From positions 1 to 50,277 of the IMG/VR virus record IMGVR_UViG_3300037478_000184: DNA of 50,277 bases, one strand, 5' to 3'. Within the stretch, counting starts at the first letter, position 1. Each line of letters opens with the position of its first letter. The notes under the pieces are model-generated. The model saw only the letters and a program-made list of their open reading frames with translations. It did no database searches and was not told where the DNA came from. The position numbers and the translations under genes were made by a program. This document shows positions 39,950-46,599 of the stretch, in pieces. This DNA comes from a virus.

Positions 39950-40186
39950 TCACATCGCGTCCCCGACCCACGGCGCGGCCCGGAGGAGCACCGCGAAGCG
40001 TCGGCGCTCTTCTTCGGTGCCCCTTATGTCTCGCACCGGCCCGACCCTGTAGGCCTCTCGTGCGGTGAGGCGACGCCGGAGGTGGAACGCCCCTGCTTTC
40101 TCCGTCCACTCGCCCAGCGCCGGATCGCCGACGCCTTCTAGCGCGGCATAAGCCAGTGCCTTGGCCTCGCCTCTCGAGGCCGCCAT
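39950..40186 (-). CDS. Hypothetical protein (78 aa from ATG 40186); the coding signal continues upstream through an in-frame TGA
   Basis: MAASRGEAKALAYAALEGVGDPALGEWTEKAGAFHL.... The 14 codons upstream (IERNYGGPVWHASA) have 14/14 G/C at third positions. Confidence 0.6.
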   Translation of the reverse strand: MAASRGEAKALAYAALEGVGDPALGEWTEKAGAFHLRRRLTAREAYRVGPVRDIRGTEEERRRFAVLLRAAPWVGDAM

Positions 40187-40228
40187 CGCGCTCGCGTGCC
40201 AGACCGGCCCGCCGTAGTTGCGCTCGAT

Positions 40229-40366
40229 TCATTCGTAGCCCGCGTTGATGGTCAGCAGCAGGGTCGCCCTCCTGCCGATCCGCCGACCGAAGCGTGGGTG
40301 GGCGGTTTCCTCGGCCAGGAGGCACGGGTAACTCAGCGCGGTCCGTTGTGCGGCCGTGAAGCTCAT
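40229..40366 (-). CDS. Hypothetical 45-aa ORF ending at TGA 40229-40231, in the same frame as 39950..40186
   Basis: Own translation MSFTAAQRTALSYPCLLAEETAHPRFGRRIGRRATLLLTINAGYE*; high GC3. Confidence 0.5.
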   Translation of the reverse strand: MSFTAAQRTALSYPCLLAEETAHPRFGRRIGRRATLLLTINAGYE

Positions 40367-40371
40367 GGCGC

Positions 40372-40440
40372 TCACCTCTGCGCCGGCAGCAGGAGCAGGC
40401 AGGCGACGACCCAGAGCAGCAGGATGGCGGCGCGTTTCAT
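40372..40440 (-). CDS. Micro-ORF, 22 aa, signal/lipobox-like
   Basis: Own translation MKRAAILLLWVVACLLLLPAQR. ATGA overlap upstream and GTGA-type overlap downstream; GC3 21/22. Confidence 0.4.
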   Translation of the reverse strand: MKRAAILLLWVVACLLLLPAQR

Positions 40441-41042
40441 GATTCCCGCCGGCCCGCCATGACCGCCCGCTCGAGGTCCGTCAGGTCCCACGCCGCGACG
40501 ACCGCGTACAGCTCACCGCCCAACGCGCGCAGCAACAGCGGGTCCTCGGGTGGCTGGGCCAGGAACGGGCGGTCGCTCCACTCCTCGACCTCCCACAGGG
40601 TGAAGTGCTCGCGCAGCCGGCTGCGGCCGCCGCACACGCGAAGCACCTCGGGCGGCACCAGCGGCACGAGCGAATAGCCGCGCGACATGCGGTCCGGATG
40701 GTCCATGCCCGCAGCGTCGACGTCGAGCCGCAGCGAGCCCTCGTAACCCCAGCCCGAGCGGCGCAGCGCCGAGAACCGGAAGAGGCCCGGCGAGAACCTC
40801 CACACCTCGACCTGGCGCCGGTCGGCGCGTGCGACCGCCAGCTTCGGGCGCCCGTCCCCGAACAGTCCGCCCGACTGGATCGCCTGCGACAGACTGAGCA
40901 CGGGCGTGCCCTCGGCGATCGCTTCCAGGCCGCGCGCCACCGCGGCGTGCTCTTCGTCCCACGACCGCCTGAGCTGGGCCCGGTACGCCTCCAGCCGCTC
41001 GCGGGCCACCCCTGCATCCATTTCCATCATCGGTACGTTCAC
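40437..41042 (-). CDS. Hypothetical protein (201 aa)
   Basis: MNVPMMEMDAGVARERLEAYRAQLRRSWDEEH...; ordinary composition. Confidence 0.8.
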   Translation of the reverse strand: MNVPMMEMDAGVARERLEAYRAQLRRSWDEEHAAVARGLEAIAEGTPVLSLSQAIQSGGLFGDGRPKLAVARADRRQVEVWRFSPGLFRFSALRRSGWGYEGSLRLDVDAAGMDHPDRMSRGYSLVPLVPPEVLRVCGGRSRLREHFTLWEVEEWSDRPFLAQPPEDPLLLRALGGELYAVVAAWDLTDLERAVMAGRRES

Positions 41043-41551
41043 AACACGCTCCTCGTCAGAGTCTCGATATCAGTCGGCAGCGCCTCGCTCACCCGCCGCG
41101 CCCGCTCGCTGACCTCCCACCGCGCACACGCCGCGCAGCACGGCCAGCCCTCGACATAGACCACCGCCGACTCGTCGCAGCCGCCGCAGCGCACGTACGC
41201 CGTGCCCTCGCAGTCCTCGCACGGCCGGTGCTCCCACTCGGTGGCCTCGGAGTCGTGGCGCGGGACCGTGCGACCACCGGTGCGCATGACGGGCGCGTGG
41301 TCCCCGCCCTGGCCGGCGCACGCGCGGCACTCGATGGGGCCGAGGGCGTGCCAGAGTTGGGGCCCGAAGTGGGAGGGCACGACGCACGCGATATCCGCGA
41401 CCCGCCCGCCGGAGTGCTGGTACGCTCGGCTCGCCTGGTAATGGGCGTCCGTGGCGTGCTTGGCGAGGACGCGGATGTTCCACGTGGAAGCGTGCTCGCG
41501 GATCGTGGCGCGGTAGAGCGTTAGCGGGATGGAGTTAGGCATCGGCCGCAT
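41039..41551 (-). CDS. Cys-rich (zinc-binding-like) protein (167-170 aa)
   Basis: CRACAGQGG...CEDCEGTAYVRCGGCDES...CCAAC; start at 41551 or 41542. Confidence 0.75.
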   Translation of the reverse strand: MRPMPNSIPLTLYRATIREHASTWNIRVLAKHATDAHYQASRAYQHSGGRVADIACVVPSHFGPQLWHALGPIECRACAGQGGDHAPVMRTGGRTVPRHDSEATEWEHRPCEDCEGTAYVRCGGCDESAVVYVEGWPCCAACARWEVSERARRVSEALPTDIETLTRSVL

Positions 41552-41744
41552 CCGTGTCGAGGTCGTCGATCACTCGCTGGGCGGAAGCCCGGGCCCGCCG
41601 AAGCGCGCCGTCCGGGTCCGCGTCTATGGGCTCGTGCGGGTGCATGCGGTTCCAGTGAGCACAGTCGGCGCGAATCTGGTCTATCTCCGCGATAGCCCGA
41701 ATCGCCCGGTCAAGCATGTTCTTGCGCGCAGCCTCATTCGCCAT
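41535..41744 (-). CDS. Hypothetical protein (69 aa)
   Basis: MANEAARKNMLDRAIRAIAEIDQIRADCAHWNRMHPHEP... Confidence 0.75.
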   Translation of the reverse strand: MANEAARKNMLDRAIRAIAEIDQIRADCAHWNRMHPHEPIDADPDGALRRARASAQRVIDDLDTDAADA

Positions 41745-41910
41745 CGGTCGGCTCCTCTAGCCTCTGGCAAGCGTCGGCATGGATCTCGGTGTACCGTTCG
41801 TGGATCATTGCACCGCAGTTCGGGCAGATCGCGTAGCCGTTTACGTCCCGTGGCCAGCGGTCGGCGTGGTCGCGGAAGTAGAGGCGCTCCCTCTTTGCGG
41901 ATCTAGCCAT
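41734..41910 (-). CDS. Small zinc-finger-like protein (58 aa)
   Basis: Own translation MARSAKRERLYFRDHADRWPRDVNGYAICPNCGAMIHERYTEIHADACQRLEEPTDGE; GGAGG SD 7 nt upstream. Confidence 0.55.
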   Translation of the reverse strand: MARSAKRERLYFRDHADRWPRDVNGYAICPNCGAMIHERYTEIHADACQRLEEPTDGE

Positions 41911-42376
41911 CGGTCGGCCTCCGGTTCGGTCCAGTCAGGCGGCTACGGATCTCGTCGACGGTGGCGGCAGTCTTCGCAGCAGCGTCAGGCCGCAGCCGCT
42001 CGACGGCCGGAATCACCACGTCTCGCATGACGCGGTGGGGTGATTCGGGGCGGGCTCCGGAATAGAGGCCGAGCGCGTCAAGCAGCACGCGCATATCCTC
42101 CTGCATGACGGCGGATTGGTCGCCCTGTCGCTTGCCCAGCCGCTCGATCTCAGCCAGCGCGCACTCGTAGTGGCGGGGGCCCAGCTCGTAGCAGGTCGCG
42201 TCGTGCGTCGTGCTCTCGCGGCGTGCTCGGGCTTCGTCGTAGTGGGCGAGGGCGGTGCGTACCTGCTGCATGACGTGCTCACACTCGCCCGTCCATGGCT
42301 CCCCGCTCTTGACGGCGCTCGCGAGCAGGCCCACGCCCCGCAGCGCCCCGGCCAGCTCGTCGGTCAGGTCACGCAT
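41903..42376 (-). CDS. Hypothetical protein (157 aa)
   Basis: MRDLTDELAGALRGVGLLASAVKSGEPWTGECEHVMQQV... Confidence 0.75.
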   Translation of the reverse strand: MRDLTDELAGALRGVGLLASAVKSGEPWTGECEHVMQQVRTALAHYDEARARRESTTHDATCYELGPRHYECALAEIERLGKRQGDQSAVMQEDMRVLLDALGLYSGARPESPHRVMRDVVIPAVERLRPDAAAKTAATVDEIRSRLTGPNRRPTDG

Positions 42377-42710
42377 CGTTGCCTGCCAGCAGGTCGCGGA
42401 ACTCGGCCAGCGTCCATCGCACGGCGTCGTCCGGTATATGTTCCGGTCGATTCGTCACGTATCGCAGCGCGCGACGAACAGCGTTCAGGTCGGGGGCGGG
42501 GGCGGGCTGCTTGCGTGCCCAGCCGATCGTGCAGTCGTCGTGCAAGGTGAGATCGCCAGCGTCGAGCATGGCGAGTGCCCACGAGCGCACCTCGTCGGCA
42601 TCGAGACCATGGCGCACGCGCCCGACGACAGCGAAGTCGTCCAGCCGGTATTTGCCCGGCCTCGCGAAGCCCCTGATGAAATCGCAGTAGACGTTGCTCA
42701 GCCCGGCCAC
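42369..42710 (-). CDS. Hypothetical protein (113 aa)
   Basis: GTG 42710: (V)AGLSNVYCDFIRGFARPGKYRLDDFAVVGR...; high GC3. Confidence 0.75.
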   Translation of the reverse strand: MAGLSNVYCDFIRGFARPGKYRLDDFAVVGRVRHGLDADEVRSWALAMLDAGDLTLHDDCTIGWARKQPAPAPDLNAVRRALRYVTNRPEHIPDDAVRWTLAEFRDLLAGNDA

Positions 42711-42943
42711 AGAACCCCCTCGTCGCCCACGCGACCCCGCACCACACCTGGCCGTCCGGACCGTGCACGCAGATCACGTGCTCGCCGGGCAGCAGCGTCA
42801 CGCGCCGGGTCCGGAGGCCCGTCGACGAGCTCGATCGTGTGGGGGAGCTCGAGGATGCGCTTCCACCAGGGCGCGCGGATGCGCTGGCCGTCGTAGAGCT
42901 TGCCGACCTCGTAGCGGGAGTGTTCGGGGATGATGGTAGTCAT
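42698..42943 (-). CDS. Hypothetical protein (81 aa as annotated) whose middle third carries its coding signal in another frame
   Basis: ATG 42943 with GAGGA SD: MTTIIPEHSRYEVGKLYDGQRIRAPWWKRILELPHTIELVDGPPDPA.... From about 42802 the GC3 signal moves to the frame of ORF 42364..42801. Confidence 0.55.
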   Translation of the reverse strand: MTTIIPEHSRYEVGKLYDGQRIRAPWWKRILELPHTIELVDGPPDPARDAAARRARDLRARSGRPGVVRGRVGDEGVLWPG

Positions 42944-43255
42944 GGGGTAGGTCCTCGGATTGTGGGCGCACACCTCGGTTTAACGGTCACATGCCCCGTA
43001 GCCGGTCGTTCCGGAACAAGCGTCCACCGGAGCATGAGGCTTTCACCCGTAGGCCGTCCGCCGAGATGCTGCTGACGCGACCGGTGGCTCTCGCGCTGCT
43101 GGGCTCGCGGCGTGACCGACCGGGTTGCTCCGCAGCAGTGCCCGGATTTGGATTGGGTCGCTCGCCCGTCTCTTCCCGTTGCGATTCGGGGCGGCTTGAT
43201 TCTCCCCCGGCTGGAACGGTGTCCGAAGCGCCGTCGCGTGGGGGCAATAGAAAAA

Positions 43256-43329
43256 CCCCGCAACGCTGGTCCACGGCCTCCCGCCAGGGTGGGCCTCCCG
43301 GCGCAAACCACCGGGGCAACGTTACGGGG
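43256..43329 (-). terminator. Branched stem-loop followed by TTTTTCTATT on the minus strand; terminator-like
   Basis: Minus-sense CCCCGTAACG (43329-43320) pairs with CGTTGCGGGG (43265-43256), and a T5 run follows. The 54-nt interior has its own small hairpins. Confidence 0.35.
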
Positions 43330-43366
43330 TCGATCTGTAGCTGTCCGTAAATCCTGGCGGGATTCG

Positions 43367-43378
43367 GTGGACGTCCAC
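43367..43378. promoter_or_regulatory. 12-bp perfect palindrome GTGGACGTCCAC
   Basis: Read directly, in the non-coding gap just downstream of the VRR-NUC gene. Confidence 0.4.
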
Positions 43379-43412
43379 GAAACGTAAGCCACCCCACCGA
43401 CAGCGCGCAAGG

Positions 43413-43856
43413 TCATGACGCCCCCTGGCACCACGCCAGCGCGTCGGCCTCGGAGCGCCAGACCATGTAGGTGCCGCCGTGCTTGGTCCACAGCGCCCCG
43501 AACTCCTTCTGCTCCGGCGTCTGCTTGCCCTTCGCGCTCTTGAGCTCCACCGCAGCGGTGCCGGCGGGTCCGGCCACGAACAGATCGGGCAAGCCCTTCG
43601 TCACGCGCGTGGAGCCGTCCTTTCGGTAGCCTTGCTCGGTGTCCCAGACGCCGTAGCCCAGCGTGCGCAGCAGCTTCACGATGGCGTGACGGATCTCAGC
43701 CTCAGAGCGGCCATCGGGGACCGGAGCGTCCTGCCGCCGATCCTCGCGGGCGGCAGGAGCACCGCTATCCGCCCGCGAGTCCCAGCCGCAGCCGCCCGCC
43801 CAGCAGACGTACAGGCCCTCGATTGGGCCGTGGGTCGGGCATACGGGGGTGATCAT
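43413..43856 (-). CDS. VRR-NUC domain nuclease with N-terminal Cys cluster (147 aa)
   Basis: EAEIRHAIVKLLRTLGYGVW...GLPDLFVAGPAGTAAVELKSAKGKQTPEQKEF is a PD-(D/E)xK VRR-NUC pattern. Confidence 0.85.
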   Translation of the reverse strand: MITPVCPTHGPIEGLYVCWAGGCGWDSRADSGAPAAREDRRQDAPVPDGRSEAEIRHAIVKLLRTLGYGVWDTEQGYRKDGSTRVTKGLPDLFVAGPAGTAAVELKSAKGKQTPEQKEFGALWTKHGGTYMVWRSEADALAWCQGAS

Positions 43857-43859
43857 CGT

Positions 43860-44564
43860 TCAGGCGTGGCTCGTCTGGTCGGCGGGCGTCTTCGCCTCTC
43901 GCCGCATGGGCATGAGCAGCCCGCGCACCGAGGGCAGCCCGTCGTGGGTGGACCGGATCTCGATGGCCTGGTCCTCGCCCCGGAAGGCGCAGTCGACGCC
44001 AGCCACGCCCTTCAACTTCCCGACGAAGCCAAAGAGCCGGGTCCCGATCTTCATGCCGTCCACCCGCTCGAAGTCGTCGAGGCCGAACGAGAGCGCCCGC
44101 CAGTTGGGGTACTCGCCCTCGTAGATCCGGGCGGCGAACGTCTGGCCGTGGGCGCGAAGCGTCAGCACGTACTCCGTCAGGGCCTCGCCCAGCGCCGGCT
44201 CGCCCGTTTCTTCGGCCTTCTCGACGCCCACCTCCAGGTCGTCGTATTCCTCGCAGGCCGAGAGAAGCGTGCGCATGAACCCGAGCGCGAACTTGTCCAC
44301 ATCCGAGACCACAATCTGATCGTCCGGCGGCTCGTCGGGCTCGGGGTGAGGAGCGGGCAAGTCCCCGTTGTCCGAATAGGGCGCCCACGTCCGGAACAGC
44401 GCGTGCCCGTTGCAGCCAATGAACTGGATGCCGCGAGCGAAGAATTCCACGGCCAGCGTCCTGTAGAGCGCCGGGCGTGCATCGTCATTGCTGGACGCGA
44501 TCGCCGCGTTCAGCCACGCGGTCGCGCCTACGTCGGCTCGTATCTTCCGGGGTGTGTCGCTCAC
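43860..44564 (-). CDS. DNA polymerase III beta (sliding clamp)-like protein (234 aa)
   Basis: GTG 44564 (GGAAGGG SD). DDARPALYRTLAVEF...GCNGHALF..., GEYPNW..., and C-terminal GLLMPMR like the DnaN ...MPMR(L) end. Confidence 0.7.
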   Translation of the reverse strand: MSDTPRKIRADVGATAWLNAAIASSNDDARPALYRTLAVEFFARGIQFIGCNGHALFRTWAPYSDNGDLPAPHPEPDEPPDDQIVVSDVDKFALGFMRTLLSACEEYDDLEVGVEKAEETGEPALGEALTEYVLTLRAHGQTFAARIYEGEYPNWRALSFGLDDFERVDGMKIGTRLFGFVGKLKGVAGVDCAFRGEDQAIEIRSTHDGLPSVRGLLMPMRREAKTPADQTSHA

Positions 44565-44596
44565 GTTTCGCCCTTCCGTGTTCGGGTGATGGTATC

Positions 44597-45223
44597 CTAC
44601 GCTTCCGCCTCGGTGGGCACCGGCAACGCACCAGGCTCCGGCAACGCGGGTGCCTTCTCCGGCTCCTGGCCGTCCTGGAACGCGAGCCCCATGACGACCG
44701 CCCGCCATCCGTCGCCCGGGAGCGCGAACGTGGGTTGCCGGGCTGGCTCCGGCAGCGTGCCGACCTCCACGCGCTCGCCCGGCGCACCGTCCAGCGCCCA
44801 TGCCAGCGCGCGCCGGTTCACGGGCTGGCCGGCGACGGTGATCGCGTTGTGGTGGGGGTTCGCGTAGGGCCCGCAGACACCTTCGCCGTCGCAGTCCCAG
44901 CATTCCCAGTATTCCTCAACGCCATCCCGAGAGCCCTTGCCCTCGCACTTCTCGCACGTCGACTCGTACGGCCCGAGCCACGCACGCAGCGCGGCCAGGT
45001 CGTAACTCACCGGGTCCACGGGCTCCGTGTCGAGCAAGCGCGCGACCAGGGCCTGGCCGCCCGAGCCCTCGATCTCCGGCGCGTCACCGGGACCCTCCGG
45101 GGGCACCATGGCGACCAGGACCTTTCCGTCCGTGGCGTAGAGCCAGCGTCCGTGCCGCATCACGCGGTGGAGATGCGGGCGATGGTGGTCCGTGCTGGCG
45201 TAGCGTTCGAGTCGGTCGATCAT
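44597..45223 (-). CDS. Clamp-like N-domain protein with DnaJ-type CxxCxGxG zinc finger (208 aa)
   Basis: RPHLHRVMRHGRWLYATDGKVLVAMV resembles the DnaN ATDGhRL pattern; CEKCEGKG and CWDCDGEG; ATGA overlap upstream. Confidence 0.7.
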   Translation of the reverse strand: MIDRLERYASTDHHRPHLHRVMRHGRWLYATDGKVLVAMVPPEGPGDAPEIEGSGGQALVARLLDTEPVDPVSYDLAALRAWLGPYESTCEKCEGKGSRDGVEEYWECWDCDGEGVCGPYANPHHNAITVAGQPVNRRALAWALDGAPGERVEVGTLPEPARQPTFALPGDGWRAVVMGLAFQDGQEPEKAPALPEPGALPVPTEAEA

Positions 45224-46599
45224 GGGGCCTCCAATTCGGTGGGCACCGGCTTGCCGGCGTCGCGTGACCAAGCCTCCCCGTCCTCGACAACGACTTCGCC
45301 ACTCCCTTCCAGCCCGAGCCGGCACGCCCAGATCTGGAAGCCGTGCTCCTTCGCGAGCGCATCCAACGCCTCCAGCGCATCGAGGTCCAGCCCGTTCGCC
45401 TCTTCGTCGAGCAAGCAGATCCTGAGCTCGGGGCGCGCGGCCATCGCAACCGCGACGGCGAGCCGGGCGCACTCCGCGCCAGACGCGACCGACAGCGGAC
45501 GCCCGTTCAGCAACGGCGAGCCGTCCTCGGCAAACGACAGACCCTCGACCGGCATCCCGGCCGAGCGGATCAGCTCACGCTCCTGGGCGTCCATGGTCTC
45601 CATCTCCGCCGTGAGCGCCTGAATGGCGGCTTCCGCTTCTTCGAGCTCGGCCTGGGCACCGTCGTAGGCTTCCCACGGCCGGAGCGCCTGCTGCACGCGG
45701 TCCGCCTCGTTGATGCGCGCGCGGACGGCCTCGATGTCGGGCATCACGTCGGGGAAGGCCAGCGCCTCGGCTCTGAGCTTTTTGGCCTCTCCCTCACTCG
45801 CTTTGGCGCGCTTGGCCATGTTCACCGCGTGCGCCTTCGCTTCCTCAAGCCGGCGCTCTAGCTCGACGACGCGGGCGTCGGCCTGCTTGAATTCCCTCTC
45901 GTGCTGGTCGGCCTGCCGTTTGGCATTCTCGGCGCTGCGGAACATGTCCTGCCGTGCCCGGTCCTTCGCTTGCAGCTCGCCCATCTTCGTCAGCTCGGCC
46001 GACACATCGATCGGTTCCGGCCGCTCACCACCCGGCTCCTGCACCTGGCGGGCCCGCCGCTGCTGCGCGATCCAGGGCGTGCGCACCCGGTACCGCTCCG
46101 CGCGTGCCGCCCGGATCTGGTCGAGCTTGGCGGGCAGACCGGGGTCCTCGCCCAACGACAGCAGGATCTCCCGCTGGCGGTCCGGGTGCAACGAGAAGAA
46201 CGCGGACGGGTCGAAGCTGAGCGGGCCCAGCCATTCCGCGAGCTTGCCCTGAGAGTGCTTGCCGCCGTCCGGACCGATTACGGTCAGGTAGCCCTTCGGC
46301 GCAGCCTCAGTGAACCGGCGCTCGACCGTGAAGCCGTTGGACAGCTTGAGCGTCACCGACGCGCGCCCGTCCTCGGCTTCCTCGTTGACCGTCGCCTCGC
46401 CCAGGATCTCGCCGGCGCCACCGAGCGCGGCCTTGATGGCGCGCAGCAGACTGGTCTTTCCGGCGCCGTTCTTGCCCGATACGCGGATCAGCCCGTCCGT
46501 CGGGATCAGCTCGACCTCGGCGGCCCGGAGGCGATGGAAGGATTCGACCTTGAGGCCGATGGCGGTGATTCCTTTGCCCTGCTTGCCGTTGGTGCTCAT
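45220..46599 (-). CDS. SMC/Rad50/RecN-like ABC ATPase with central coiled coil (459 aa)
   Basis: Walker A GKNGAGKTS, about 200 aa of coiled coil, signature-like LSVASGAE, Walker B RICLLDEEANGLD. Confidence 0.85.
   Translation of the reverse strand: MSTNGKQGKGITAIGLKVESFHRLRAAEVELIPTDGLIRVSGKNGAGKTSLLRAIKAALGGAGEILGEATVNEEAEDGRASVTLKLSNGFTVERRFTEAAPKGYLTVIGPDGGKHSQGKLAEWLGPLSFDPSAFFSLHPDRQREILLSLGEDPGLPAKLDQIRAARAERYRVRTPWIAQQRRARQVQEPGGERPEPIDVSAELTKMGELQAKDRARQDMFRSAENAKRQADQHEREFKQADARVVELERRLEEAKAHAVNMAKRAKASEGEAKKLRAEALAFPDVMPDIEAVRARINEADRVQQALRPWEAYDGAQAELEEAEAAIQALTAEMETMDAQERELIRSAGMPVEGLSFAEDGSPLLNGRPLSVASGAECARLAVAVAMAARPELRICLLDEEANGLDLDALEALDALAKEHGFQIWACRLGLEGSGEVVVEDGEAWSRDAGKPVPTELEAP

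Noticed and set aside
40229-40231. Selenocysteine insertion at the in-frame TGA
   Set aside because: The context (GYE-TGA-IERNYGG) is not a redox motif. Only weak or imperfect hairpins follow at SECIS distance; the 7-bp stem GGCCTCG/CGAGGCC lies about 45 nt downstream. No selB/selC-type genes are present.
41740-41926. Near-identical 16-17-nt start contexts, GGAG(G)CCGACCGATGGC, at two neighbouring gene starts (41744 and 41910)
   Set aside because: The sequence is short, covers only the SD and start codon region, and is plausibly coincidence or a small local duplication. Nothing further is supported.
42987-43397. 136-aa minus-strand ORF that would fill the large non-coding gap
   Set aside because: Hand-counted GC3 is about 62 percent, which is genome background, versus roughly 85-95 percent in neighbouring genes. 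It has no SD, and its sequence is Arg/Pro/Gly/Ser-rich and junk-like.
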